A DNA stretch of 64,000 bases from the human T2T-CHM13v2.0 reference genome, Homo sapiens (GCF_009914755.1 NC_060931.1); one strand, 5' to 3'; shown: positions 1 to 15,739, numbered from the stretch's first letter. Translations and numbers: made by a program. The notes: generated by a model not told the origin, from the letters alone.

Positions 1-238
1 GGCAGGTGGGCAGGGGCAGAAAGGGGTGAATTCTTTCCTCTGCCTTTTGTTCTATTTGAGTCCGCCTCCATGGACTGAAAGATGCCCCAATGGATTGGGG
101 AAGGCTCTCTGCTTTACTGAGTCCACGAATTCAAATGCTAATCCCATCTAGAAATGCCTTCACACACACACCCCAAAATAATGTTGAATCTGGGCATCCT
201 GTATCCCACTCAGGTTGACACATTAAGTTAACCATCAC
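1..238 (-). mobile_element. MLT2-type (ERVL) LTR, truncated by window edge
   Basis: Ends ...caggttgacacattaagttaaccatcac, the reverse complement of the MLT2 start TGTGATGGTTAA..TGTGTCAAC; also has the ctgctttactgagtcc..gaattcaaatgctaat motif. Confidence 0.8.
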
Positions 239-2456
239 TGTTTGCGTATGCCAGGGACAAGTGGATAAATATCCCAGGCTAGGGTATGCTGGCATCATAG
301 AAGAACATTGGGACGCCCACGTGTCTGGACCAAGCCAGTGTGGAGAAGGGGAGAGATGAGGGCACGCTGGTTACCAGGGCCTTGTGAGCTGTTGTTGGGC
401 CAGGTCTACTCTGCATGAGAGACCATGCTCTCACAGACGTGGAACCCAGCAGCAGTGAATCTGAAGCATGTTTTTCTAGGACCACCCTGCCTGCCTGCCG
501 GGCTGAGCATATCAGAGGGTCGAGGAAGGAAGCAGACCAGTTCCAAGGCTGTGCAGTGATTGGGGTGAGGGTGTTTCAGCCGGACAAGACCACCACAGTG
601 ATGAAAAGTGGTCAGATCCTCGGTGTGTCCTCAAAGTAGAGCCAGTGGGAGTCCCTGACACATTAAACATGCTTCTTTCCAAGTTCTTTAGAATAAAAAT
701 AGGGGGCTTCTTTTTCAATGAGTGACACAAGTTTCAAACTTCAAAACAGGTTTTTCTTCAGAAGTAAGAATTATAATTTTATTTCCTTATGCATTTCCCG
801 AATAGGCAAGGGAATTGGAGGCAGCAGCATCACAGAGATAAAATTCGAGTGCATTTTACAACATCAATAATTGAGTAAAGGAGTGTAATAACTTGTGCTG
901 GAAGAGGGGTAATCAGATGTCATACTTCAGGCCAGGAGATGAGCTCATTTCAGAAATCAGCCAATATTTTGTTTGTTTCTTCTTTTTTATCATCTCTCAA
1001 ACTTCTGGAATACAGACAGAATTCTCATTTGGAAATATTACTGTGTGAAGGTCTTAGTAACATTTCAGTATTTCAACAAGGAAGGCCCCTTAAATAAAGC
1101 TCCAGGTGACTCGTTATAGGGAGAATTCCCCACCAGTAGGCACAGGTGAGCGCTGGTTTTGGAATTGAGCTATTATTTCTTTTCACCTCATTTAACCCTC
1201 CTGGGGCCCCCTCTGTGGCGGATTGTTATTCCCTTGTCAGAGGTAAGGAAACAAAGTTTCTGGTGGCTTAGGCAACGTGCAGAAATGGCATTTAGATTTA
1301 GGTGTGCCGCACTCCGAAAGCCAAGCTAATTTGGCACCATGGTGTGCCTGCTCCTGACCGAAACTTTCTGAGTTCCAGCTCAATGCAATTCAACATCTCG
1401 GTATTGCCACCACACAACCATCTGATCTCAAGCAAGTCACTTACACTTTTCATTTTGACTTTCCAAAGTTTGCTTCTGTGAATTTTCCCCTCTGTTTGAG
1501 ACATGAGGAGATCAATATTTGCCCTGACTTCCTAGCAGAATTATTTTCTGTAAACAAAGTGATGTGCTAGATATGTGAGAAATTTAGAAACAGAGAAATC
1601 AGTATTGGAGAAGAAGAGTCCAGTTAACTTTTAATGAACCATGGCCAGTCTGAGAACAAGAGCTGCCTCAAGGGCTCTCTGAATTTTAATGCAGGACTTT
1701 TTGTTTATGTACTTTCTTGGGGAGAAGTTCCACAGTTTTCCACGTCCTCCAAAAAAGTTTAGCAATTGCCTTGAGCCATCTTGCAATTTCTTTTTTCTTT
1801 CTTCTCCCACCACAAATAGGCTCTGAGGCTCCTCTGTTGCCACTTAATAGCTTAGGGGTCTGTGTGGCTCTCAACAGTGTCTCCCAGCAGAGCAGCTGGA
1901 GTGGCCCCCTTTCCTGCCATCATCCACACAATCTACTCTGAGGATTTCCCTCTTGTGCAGTGCACAGCTGGGCAGCTTGACCAGTGACCCAGAGTCCATT
2001 CCCGCTCTCCCTCTACCTCTGTACACCTGCTGTCTTTAAGGCACAGGTCGAGGACTGGTGAGGTTTGAAAGAACCCATAGGGTAATGAGGAACGTGGAGC
2101 ATGTGCAAGGAGACCTGACATAGAATTTATGCCCTGCGTTGTGAGGATGGATGGTCATTTTTGACTTTCCAAAATTGACTTCCTTGATTCCTTCTCATGA
2201 GTGCTAGATACATTTCTTTGGTGTTGAAACTGTGAAAACTGAAACACACATGATTTTTATAATTAGAAACTAGAACATTGTCTAAAAAATTGTGTGATGC
2301 ACCCAAATATTAAGGTGATTAGATAAGCGCACACAGGGCTTTGAAATTCCGAAATGTGCTGCCTGTTCTGTGCCATTGGCCACTGATTGACTTTCTGCAT
2401 TTGCTGCAGTTTATACATAAGCTCTACAAACAGCTTAAACTAAGCAATAGAAAATA

Positions 2457-3590
<1,134 letters not shown>

Positions 3591-3969
3591 TATTTTAGGG
3601 TTCTTATAATATGCCTTGTTACTGTCACTTTTGATCTATTTCCTACAGCCCATGGTAAAATTGTATTAATAATTCTTATCTAAATTACAAATGCATAAAT
3701 ATTGGGATAATAGAATGCGACAGTTAATTCAGTCTCAAGAGTGTAAACACATTTTATTATAATTAATGATCACAGAAGAAAATATCTTTTTTAGAGGAAG
3801 TGGCAAATTTCAAACATTTTTGCAGAACTAAGCTTGCTACACACATGGATGAGAAGTTTAAACTTCAATGAATTAATGAGGAAATGTTATGGGCTATACA
3901 ACTTAGAATCTGATGATCACTTCTTAGGTGATCAGGACAGCTGCAGTAGAGCAGGATGGTGTGTGCATG

Positions 3970-4070
3970 GAGGCGGTGCAAGCTCTCCGGGAGCAGGGGC
4001 AGTGTCTGCTTTGTTCAGTCTGGAATCCACTGCCAGCATACAACAAACACTCAATAAATGCTCCCTCAAG
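3970..4070 (+). mobile_element. L2 3' end fragment
   Basis: aagctctcc..gagcagggg..tgtctgctttgttca...cactcaataaatg, the L2 terminal motif. Confidence 0.55.
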
Positions 4071-4368
4071 GAAAAATGGGCGATTAGGAGCCACTCAGCT
4101 CAAAAATATGTCTTCATCATACAAATTCTTTAGAATTTATTTCTTTGCTTATAAGATTGAAGATGGGTATGGCTGACGAGTTCCATAAAAAATATATATA
4201 TTTAGATAAATCAGTGAGTCTGAAATATACCATGGAAGAGTCAAACAGAAATTTCTACTACATTCCATCAATTGTGAAGGTGAAGAATTTTTCTGTAGAA
4301 GAATTGAACATCTTCATTCATACCGTTGGCAGCTACCAGTAGCTATCAGTCTGTTTCATGCCCTAAAG

Positions 4369-4918
4369 CAGGGGTCCTTGACCCCCAGTACCAGTCCATG
4401 GCCTTGTCTAGGGCTGCACACCTCCTAGAGGAGGTGAGGGGTGGCCAAGCAAGCAAAGCTTCATCTGTATTTATAGCCACTCCCCATTGCTCACATTACT
4501 GCTGGAGCTCTGCCTCCTGTCAGATCAGCAGCGGCATTAGATTCTCATAGGAGCTGGAACTCTATTGTGAACTGCCTGTGTAAGGGATCTAGTCTGTGCA
4601 CTCCTTATGAGAATCTAATACCTGATCCTTATGAGAATCTAATACCTGAAGATCTGTTGTCTTCCATCACCCCCCAGTGGAACTGTCTAATTGCAGGAAA
4701 ACCAGCTCAGGGCTCCCACTGATTCTACATTATGGTGAGTTGTATAATTCTTTCATTTTATATTACAATGTAATAATAATAGAGATCAAGTGCACAGTAA
4801 GTGTAATGCACTTGAATCATCCCAAACCCATCACCTGCCACTCCATACCAGTCTGGTCCATGGAACAATTATCTTCAATAAAACCAGTCCCTGGTGCCAA
4901 AAAAGTTGGGGACTGCTG
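4369..4918. mobile_element. MER1A (hAT-Charlie DNA transposon)
   Basis: TIRs caggggtcc... and ...gttggggactgctg; degenerate 8-bp TSD ccctaaag/ccttaagg; core agcggcattagattctcataggagc; small internal duplication tccttatgagaatctaatacctga x2. Confidence 0.9.
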
Positions 4919-5172
4919 CCTTAAGGAACACAATTTTACTTAGGCGTCCTCCACATCCCCTCGTAGCCAAGGGCCTCAGTGGAAGAGGCCCCATCTCCAG
5001 CCCCAAGTAGGTTGAATGAATCTCAGAGCCTTTGCCTGTGATTGCCGCTGGCATGTGCCTGAGGACCGGGCAGTGGGACAAGAAAGAAAATCAGCTGGGG
5101 GATGGTAGAAGACATTTCTTCCTTCTAGGGAAAGCCAAAGAACCAACATCTCTTCTTTGTCTAGCTGTTGGA

Positions 5173-5868
5173 TGCTATCGGCTGAATTTCTGCATCCCCG
5201 AAACCTGCCTAAAATTTATATATTGAATCCCTAACCTTCAATGCATTGGGAAGTGGGACCTTTGGGAAGTAATTAGGTATAGACGAGGTCATGAAGATGG
5301 GGCTCCCATGATGGGATTAGTGCCCTTCTAAGAAGATGGAGGGGGCTGGGCACGGTGGCTCACACCTGTAATCCCAGCACTTTGGGAGGCCGAGGTGGGC
5401 ACATCAGGAGGTCAGGAGATCAAGACCATCCTGGCTAACATGGTGAAACCCCATCTCTACCAAAAATACAAAAAAAGTTAGCTGGGCATGGTGACAGGCA
5501 CCTGTAGTTACAGCTACTTGGGAGGCTGAGGCAGGAGAATGGCATGAACCCAGAAGGCAGAGCTTGTAGTGAGCCAAGATCTCGCCACCGTGCTCCAGCC
5601 TGGGCAACAGAGTGAGACTCCATTTCAAAAGGAAAAAAAAAAAAAAAAAAAAGAAGAAGAAGATGGAGGGACACCAGAGCTCCCTCTCTCTACCTTATGA
5701 GGATACACATGAGGTGGCCGCCTATAAGCCAGGAAGAAAGAATTCAGCAAGAAGCATATCTGCTGGCACCTTGATCTTGGGTTTTCCAGCTTCCAGAACT
5801 GTGGGAAAAAAATGAATGCTGTTGAAGCCACCAGTCTGTGGTAGTTGGTTACAGCAACCCAAGCTAAC
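5173..5868 (+). mobile_element. MLT1A-like MaLR LTR, interrupted by Alu
   Basis: tgctat..gctgaat start; atgggattagtgccctt, gctggcaccttgatcttgg..ttccagcttccagaactgtg, gtctgtggtag..gttacagcaacccaagctaa end. Confidence 0.8.
5344..5656 (+). mobile_element. Alu (AluY-like, CpG-decayed)
   Basis: gagatcaagaccatcctggctaac and gaatggcatgaaccc diagnostics; TSD aagaagatggaggg at 5330-5343 and 5657-5670. Confidence 0.95.
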
Positions 5869-6189
5869 ACACTGGAAATTCAGGCTGAGTCAGCTTGCTA
5901 GAAGGCTGAGGATGAAGCCAATATTGAAATAGAAAGACACAATTAAGTCATTGAATCATATGAGCTTATTATTCTTCCTATTTTTGACTTCCTTCTATAG
6001 TAAATTATGAACTTTCTTGTTTTAGTCCAGTCTGAGTCAGAACTTTTGCATCATTGAGCTTAAGGCTTAATTAATATAATATCTTATTCCTCCTCCTTCT
6101 CCACACTCTCCTTCCTTTTCTCCTTTCCTCCTCCCCTCTTTACTTTCCCCGTTTTCTTCTTCTCTTCTTCCTTCATTTTTTACATCTGG

Positions 6190-6660
6190 TTGTTAGGTAG
6201 TTCTTATTGTATAACAAATTACCCCCAAATTCAGTAGCTTAACACATCCCATAGTTTTTGTGGGCCAAGAATCGAGGTGTGGTTTAGTTTTATCCTGTGG
6301 CTCAGAGTCTCTTGAAAGCCTGTGATGAAAGTGTCAGCCAGAGATGCAGTCATCTCAGAGCTAAATGGGAATGATCCACTTTCAAGTTCCCTCATGTGAC
6401 TGACGGCAGATCCCAGGCCCTTGGCAGTTGGTGTCATACACATTGTTCCTTGTCATGTGGGCCCCTCCACAGGGCAGCTTGCAACATGGCAGCCGGCTTC
6501 CCTCAGAATGAGTGAGAAAAAGAAAGAGGCAAAACAAGCCATAGTGTTCTTGTAACCCAGTTTTGAAGGTGGCATCTCTTCAACTCTGCCATGTTCTCTC
6601 TGCTAGAAGCAAGTCACTAAACCCAGTCCACACTCAGGTTGAGGAAACACACAGGGCTCC
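6190..6660 (-). mobile_element. MLT1 (F/G-like) MaLR LTR
   Basis: tgtataacaaattacccccaaattcagtagcttaa...catggcagccggcttccctcag...gcaagtcactaaacccagtccacactca motifs. Confidence 0.7.
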
Positions 6661-6669
6661 TGGGTATTT

Positions 6670-7020
6670 TACCCTCCTGGAATCCACGTGATGATATACA
6701 CGGAGTACTGCCAACTTAGGAAGCTGACCAGAGATTTTACTGTGGCTGCATTATGTAGGTATGATTGATTGTTTCATTGCTGGCCCATTGAACTCAGTCT
6801 CTAGGCCACCCATCCCCAGAGATCAGGTTGGTAACATGTGGCCTTTGTGCCACGTGTTATATTTTTAGCACAAATTATATTTTTAGCATAAAATACTAGG
6901 CATAGTCCCAGGGACCCACCGTAAATAACAAAGACACTCCTATCACTCAAGACATTTCAAGGGTTTAAAGGTTCACTTCCAGGAGCTGGAGACAAACACC
7001 AGGCTTTGATTTGGGCAAAT
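6670..7020 (-). mobile_element. MER21-like LTR fragment
   Basis: aataacaaagacactcctatcactcaagacatttcaagggttt..ccaggagctggagacaaa motif. Confidence 0.55.
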
Positions 7021-8059
7021 CAAATCATTCACCAAACATCACATTAATATGGGTCATAAAAGAGCCAGAGGAGCACGTTAATATCAGATAAAGTAGATTT
7101 CAGAGCATATACTATTACCAGGGATACAGGGATCATTTCACAATGATATAGGTGTCAATCCCTCAAGAGAATATAATAACCCTAAATGTTTATGCACTTA
7201 ATAGCAGAGCTTCAAACTACATGAAACAAAAACCGATAGATCTGCAAAGAGAAATGGAAAAATCTATCATTATAGCTATAGACTGTCATACCTCTCTCTC
7301 AATAATGGATAGAATAAGTAAACAGGGATGTAGAACACTAGAACAATAGGATCAACAAACCTGACCGACTTTTTATCACAGAGAACTCCAGCCAACAGCA
7401 GGAGAGCACACATCCTTCTCAGGTGTGCATGGATCACTCGCCACAGTAGACCCAATTCTGGGCCATGAAACAAGTCTCAATAAATTTAAAAGGGTTAAAG
7501 TCATGGGATGTATGTGATATGACTGTAATGAAAATAAATTAAAAATTTATAACAGCAAGATCGCTGGAATATATCCAAATATTTGGAAACCAAATTATAC
7601 CCCTTTAAATAATCTGTATTTCAAAGAAGAAACAAAAAATGCAATCAAAGAAGAAATTTAAAAACTATAAAGAATTTTCAAGGGAATGAGAATAAAATCA
7701 TACCACGTTAATTTTGAGGGAGTCTTTTACAGCAATTTTTAGAAGGAAATTTATTAAATGTCTACATTAGAATAGAGCACAGGTTTCAAATCAACATTTT
7801 GGTTTCCATCTTAAGAAACTAGAAAAAGAAAAGCAAATTAAGATCAAAGGAAGTAGAAGAAAGGAAATAAAAGTTCAGGGTGGAAATTAATAAACTAGAA
7901 ATTAGGAAAATAATGGAGAAAATAAATAAAACCAAAAGCTAGTTCTTTGAGAAGATCCATAAAATTAATAAAGTTCTAACCAAAGTAAGCAGAGAAAATA
8001 GGTAAGACACAGCTTACAAATATTAAAAATAAAAGAGGTGGCATCACTATAGATTCTAT

Positions 8060-8353
8060 TCTTTCTTTCTTTCTTTTGAGATAGTCTCACTCTGTTGCCA
8101 GGCTGCAGTGCAGTGGCGCAATCCCGGCTCACTGCAACCTCCACCTCCTGGATTCAAGCAGTTCCCCTGCCTCAGCCTTCTGAGTAGCTGGGACTAAAGT
8201 CATGCGCCACCACACCTAGCTAATTTTTTGTATTTTAGTAGAGACGGGGTTGCACCATGTTGGCCAGGATGGTCTCGATCTCCTGACCTCGTGATCCGCC
8301 CACCTCGGCCTCCTAAAGTGCTAGGATTACAGGCGTAAGCCACTGCACCGGCC
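8060..8353 (-). mobile_element. Alu (AluSc-like)
   Basis: Antisense Alu; TSD agattctat at 8051-8059 and 8354-8362. Confidence 0.95.
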
Positions 8354-8451
8354 AGATTCTATAACTATTAAAAGGGTAATAAGAGACTATTAAGAAAATT
8401 TTAAGGGCACCTGACCTTCATGTGCCTGCTTGAGTCTCTTCCAAATGTACT

Positions 8452-10757
8452 TGTATTAGTCCATTTTCACACTGCTGATAAAGACATACCCAAGACTAGG
8501 AAGAAAAGGAGGTTTAATTGGACTTATAGTTCCACATAGCTGGGGAGGCCTCAGAATCATGGCAGGAGGTGAAAGGCACTTCTTACGTGATGGCGGCGAG
8601 AGAAAATGAGGAAGAAGCAAACGTGGAAACCCCTGATAAACACATCAGATCTCACAAGACTTATTCACTATTACGAGAATAGCATGGGAAACACCAGTCC
8701 CCATGATTTAATTACCTCCTCCTGGGTCCCTCCTACAACATATGGAAATTCTGAGAGATACAATTCAAGTTGAGATTTGGGTAGGGACAGAGCCGAACCA
8801 TATCATTCCATCCCTGGCCCTTTCAAATCTCATGTCCTCACATATCAAAACCAATCATGCCTTCCCAACAGTCCCCCAAAGTCTTAATTCATTTCAGTAT
8901 TAACCCAAAAGTCCACAGTCCAAAGTCTCATCTGAGACAAGGCAAGTCCCTACTGCCTGTAAGCCTATAAAATCAAAAGTAAGCTAGTTACTTCCTAGAT
9001 ACAATGGAGGTACCAGTATTGGGTAAATATAGCTGTTCCAAATGGGAGAAATTGGCCAAAAGAAAGTGGTTACAGGGCCCATGCAAGTCTGAAATCCAGA
9101 AGGGCAGTCAAATTTTAGGGCTCCAAAATGATCTCTTTTGACTCCCTGTCTCACATCCAGGTCACGCTGATGCAAGAGGTGGGTTCCCATGGTCTTGGGC
9201 AGCTCCACTCCTGTCGCTTTGCAGGGTACAGCCTCCATCCCAGCTGCTTTCACAGGCTGGCACTGAGTGTCTGCAGCTTTTCCAGGTGAACGGTGCAAGC
9301 TGTTGGTGGATCTACCATTCTAGGGTCTGGAGGACAGTGGCCCTCTTCTCACAGCTCTACTGGGTGGTGCCCTAGTAGGGACTCTGTGTGGGGGCTCCGA
9401 TCCCACATTTCCCTCTGCACTGCCCTAGCAGAGGTTCTACATGAGTGCCCTGCTCCTGCAGCAAACTTCTGTCTGGGCATCCAGGCATTTCCATACATGT
9501 TCTGAAATCTAGGTGGAGGTTCCCAAACCCAAGTTCTTGACTATTGTGCATTTGCCGGCTCAACACCATGTGGAAGCTGCCAAGGCTTGGGGCTTACACC
9601 TTCTGAGGCTACAGCCTGAGTTCTACATTGGCCCCTTTCAGCCATGGCTGGAGTAACTGGGACACAGGGTACCAAGTCCCTAGGCTGCACACAGTACAGG
9701 GACCCTTTTCTTCTAGGTCTCTGGGCCTGTGATGGGAGGAAGTGGCCCAGGAAACCATTTTCTTCTAGGCCTCTGGACCTGTGATGAGAGGGGCTACCAT
9801 GAAGACCTCTGATGTGCCCTGGAGACATTTTCCCCATTGTCCTGGGGATTAACATTTGGTTCCTCATTACTTATGCACATTTCTGCAGCCAGCTTGCAGA
9901 AAATAGGTGTTTCTTTTCTATCACATTGTCGGGCTGCAAATTTTCTGAACTTTTATGCTCTGCTTCCCTTATAAAACTGAATGTCTTTAACAGCACCCAA
10001 GTTACCTCTTGAATGTTTTGCTGCTTAGAAATTTCTTCTGCCAGATACCCTAAATCATCTCTCTCAAGTTCAAAGTTCCACAAATCCCTAGGGCAGGGGC
10101 AAAATGCCACCAGTCTCTTTGCTAAAACACAACAAGAGTCACCTTTGCTCTAGTTCCCAACAAGTTCCTCATCACCATCTGAGACCACCTCAGCTAGAAC
10201 CTTATTGTCCATATTGCTATCAGGCTTTTGGTCAAAGCCATTCAGCAAGTCTCTAGGAAGCTGCAAACTTTCCCACATTTTCCTGTCTTCTTCTGAGCCC
10301 TCCAAACTGTTCCAACCTCTGCCTCTTAACCAGTTCCAATGTCACTTCCACATTTTCAGGTATCTTTTCAGCAATGCCCCAATGTACTGGTATGAATTTA
10401 CTGCATTAGTTTGTTTTCATGCTGCTGATAAAGACACACCTAAGACTAGGAAGAAAAAGAAGTTTAACTGGACTTATTGTTTCACATGGCTGGCGGGAGG
10501 CCTCAGAATCATGGTGGGAGGTGAAAGTCACTTCTTACATGGTGGTGGCAAGAGAAAATGAGGAAGAAGCAAAAGCAGAAACCCCTGATAAACCCATCAG
10601 ATCTTGTGAGACTTATTCATTATCATAAGAATAGCATGGGAAAGACTGGCCCCCATGATTCAGTTACCTCCCCCTGGGTCCCTCCCACAACACATGGGAC
10701 TTCTGGGAGATACAATTCAAGTTGAGATTTGGGTGGGGACACAGCCAGACCATATCA
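8452..10757 (-). mobile_element. Full-length THE1A MaLR element: LTR 8452-8805, internal 8806-10401, LTR 10402-10757
   Basis: Two ~355-bp direct LTRs (tg(t/c)attagt...accatatca) with THE1A diagnostics (ggaggtgaaaggcacttcttac, gaggaagaagcaaa); THE1-int between them; 5-bp TSD gtact/gtgct. Confidence 0.92.
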
Positions 10758-11776
10758 GTGCTTTTCTTTTTGTCCTGTTCTAAAGCCTTTTAAAATAAAC
10801 TTCCAATCCTGCTCTGAAAAAAAAAAAAAAGAACAACTTTAAGAACAAGTCTGTGACAAAATTCAACAGTTTCAACAAAGTGGACAAATTTGTTGAAAGA
10901 CAAACACTGACAAAATTCACTCAATAAGAAATTTATATTTGAGTAGCCTTACATCTATTAGAGAAATTGAATTTGTTGCTAAAAAAGCCTTTTCACAAAG
11001 AAAACTACAGGCCCAAATGGCTTCAATGGTGAATTTCCCTAAGCACTTAAGAAATAAATATTACCAATTCTACACAAAGTCTTCCAGTCAAAATATTGCT
11101 GAAACTAAACAACTAAATAATGTTACTGGGTCAGAATACTTATTATTGTTAAGATGTTGATTCTCTCCCAAATTGATCAGTAGATTCAACCTAATTCCCA
11201 TCTAAGTCCTAGAAGATATTTTTGTAGAAATTGATGAGGTGATTCTAAAATTCATATGGAAATGGAAATGAAGAGGATGTGGAACAACAGTGAACATTAG
11301 CATAGGAACATCTCACAAAGTTACTGTAGTGTGAAAGAAGCAAATAATGAAAGAATAAATAAAGTATGATTCTAGCAATTTAAAGTTTATAAATAAGAGT
11401 AGTATGTGCATGTGTCTGTGTGTACCATAAAAATATTAGGGAAATCATTATCACAAAAGACAAGATAATAGATTTCTCTCTGGGGAAAGACTCCTTGAAC
11501 AGCACTCTTTGTGGAGAGCACATGGGCAAACCCAGAATTTTCCTGGTAAACAGATCCTCAGTCTGCCATTCAGACTGGAGATACACATGTTCCCCACCTT
11601 AAAATCACTTGGTACAAATAATGTCTACACAGAAATAGCCTTGTCTCCCTCTCATTCGTATTCACAGCTTCTTCATGACCTCTGTCTTAATTTCAGTTAT
11701 ATTATAGGACTAAGTAGGCTTCTGTCTGCTCTTATAAGAACCAAATTATTATATATAGCATTGAAAATCAGTTTTT

Positions 11777-12184
<408 letters not shown>

Positions 12185-13133
12185 CTACCTATAAGATTAA
12201 GTCCCTTTGCCATAAAACAAAGTGTCAGTGACATTGCATGGAACGCTCTCAGGTGGAACACGAATAACATAATATAGACGTAGTCAGTCTTTTCTAACTT
12301 CTAATTAGTATACTATGTTAAGAGTATCAATGAAACCCCAACAAAAATACATGGCAAAAAAACACATATAATTTCCCAAAGTATTTCTGAGCCTTTTATA
12401 ACAAATTAACTTGGCACAAAGATGAATAAAATGTTGTCTATAATAATGAACAGAACTGCATTCCACTATATCATGAAAAGTCAAACCACATGATTTCTCT
12501 TTTTCAATTTCTTGAGGCCTTTTTTTATTTCCTTGGGTCTTCCAAAATGACTAGTTGCTCCGTAGAAATGAACTCAAGGATTTGTTCACCAGACACCTTT
12601 GTTATGAAAGCCCTTTAAGATTCCAAAATACTCTTCCGCCATTTCCTTCTCCATCTTCCTTCAAAAAGCCTTCCTCTAATTAACTGATTACAGCTGAGCT
12701 TTATAACACTATCAGGAGAAATAAGTCACTCTTCTGTCTTTTACAAAAATGGACATGACAGATCATGTTTTCAATATTCTTTTGTTCACATACTTTACAT
12801 TCTTTTGAATACCTCTCCGGTTGTTTCATGTATATCATCAAATCACGATTATGAGGCTCCAGGAAGGACTAATGTCAGTATCAACAGAAACATTTTACAA
12901 CAGAAAGAGCAAGTTTTAGGCATTCAATATTTGCTAACCTAATGTTTACTGAAGTTTTCAACAAACTTTATGAAGTCTTCTCTTAGGAGACTTAAAGCCA
13001 AATACAATTAAACTAATGGAGCCACAGGAAACTCGGGGATCTTATTGAATTCAATAATAAAGATGCTTTTAAAAACATTTCATATAATTGCCGGTTTATA
13101 CTTTTTAATAATTGTATAGCACAATTACAGAAA

Positions 13134-13714
13134 TTTATTTTATAAAAATTAGTTACTGAAATTATTTGTTCATTTTGTAGTTAATTTATTTTTCCCATCC
13201 TACTTGGATAATATCCCTAGAGGTCAACACAAATTCTCTAGATGCTCCTATATTTTAACATAGTTTCAGTTGACCTTTGAAGAAGATTATATATTGTCTC
13301 TAAGATCTTTTTAAGTTGTAGAGAACTGAAAGCACACCCGGACTTTTAAGAGTAAACGTATAGTCATAGTTTTTACTACCTCATTTATTTTATAAAAAAT
13401 AGTTACTGAAATTTATAAAAGTTAGTTACTGAAATTATTCATTTTGTAGTTAACTTATTTTTAGTTCATAAAAATTAGTTACTTAAATTATTTATTCATT
13501 TTGTAGTTAACTAATTTTTTCCATCCGACTCGGATAATATCCCTAGAAGTCAACTCAAATTCTCTAGATGCTCCTGTATTTTACCATAGATCCAGTTGAC
13601 CTTTGAAGAAGATTATATATTGTCTCTAAGATCTTCCCTAAGTTGTAGAGAAATGAATGTACACCAGTCCTTTTAAAAGTAAACATTTTTAATGATAGTT
13701 GTCACTACCTCATT
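13134..13714. repeat. Tandem duplication of a ~250-bp unique unit (13134-13385 and ~13467-13714) with partial AT-rich sub-repeats between
   Basis: Both copies share ggataatatccctaga.gtcaac.caaattctctagatgctcct...cagttgacctttgaagaagattatatattgtctctaagatctt...ctacctcatt. Confidence 0.9.
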
Positions 13715-14224
13715 CCATGTCATAACAAAGGCAATTATGTTGACAATACAGTGGTAAAAGTCCCAGTTCCAGTATGAAAACACTTCCTCATTATTTCTAC
13801 TTCAAAACTTTATAATTTTCTAAGATGTGATATCTCTGTTAATTAAGGTGATTTTCTTCTTTCTCTCATCAATACAAAAGCTTCTCACTTATTATTCATT
13901 ATACCATTACTTTGTAGTCTAGCATCCAGCTGTGCCTGTACATTTTATATTCAAATGCTTCTTGTTTAAGAATAGCTTCTGATTGTCTTATTTCTCATAT
14001 ATCCAGTGTTATTTGCCATAGGTAGATAAAAACATCTGACTACCTCATTAGGTATTCAGGTATGGTTGTGCAAAGTCATTTTCATAATGAATAAATACTG
14101 ATATATTTTTATTTATCTGTCATATTGTAGATAGACAATTACATTGATTCTTGAAAATTATGTATGTAGGTAGCTTTATTATCCGTAAATTTTATTTAAG
14201 GATAATAAAGGGGACATTACAAAT

Positions 14225-14995
<771 letters not shown>

Positions 14996-15739
14996 TAATT
15001 TTATTTTATGTTAAAATGTCAACCAATGAATTGTGGCATTGCATAAAGTGGGCCATGAAACTGATAAGTTTTTGAGCCACTGAGCTAATCGAATTCTTTT
15101 TATCCAACTCTTTCTTCAGTGAAACTTTTGCACGTATGAGTAACTGTTCAGAAAGTCTACAGACTACTTAATTTTGAACAGGTCATTCAGTTGGCAGCAG
15201 CAGACTACAGTTTACCAAATGCTACAGAAGGCCAGTGGATCTGTGCCTCCAGATTCAAACAAATTCTTCTGGGGACTTTTCTGACACATGGCTGGATGTG
15301 TCCCAAAATGTAGAAAGAAATCTTTTTTTCCCAAACCAGTCTACAAACTTTAATACAGTCATTGACTATATTGAGGTTTTCAGATTTAATGTCTACCAAA
15401 TAACCTAGAATATTATGAAAATATTCTCCATGTCTTGAAGAACTTAGAAGTTCTCTTTCCTTTTATAAAAGAAAATCTGATGAAGGTAGAGATGATTTAT
15501 TGCCTTGAGTCTAGCCAGTCTGATGAGGACCAGTCCCGAACCATTAATGTGTGAATAATATATTTCTCCTTCAACTGCTCTACCTTCTAAGGTGTCCACT
15601 AGAGGTTCCCGTAAGAAATACCCTTTCAGTTAAGATCCTTCCAGAAAGATAGACACAACAGGAAAAAAAAAAAAAAAAAAGAAATTGTAAATCACTATTA
15701 AAATCAATGCCTACATAAACCACAGTAAACCAGCTTTTC

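Larger units (their letters stand above)
7055..11330 (+). mobile_element. Old L1 ORF2 fragment (endonuclease and downstream region), split by an Alu, a retroposed LTR end and THE1A
   Basis: Decayed ORF2 peptides (SIPQENIITLNVYALNSRASNYMKQKPIDL; IREIEFVAKK..GPNGFNGEF); continues on both sides of the insertions. Confidence 0.85.

Noticed and set aside
8984-10628. ORFs inside THE1A-int
   Set aside because: Fragmented MaLR internal ORF remnants with stops and frameshifts.
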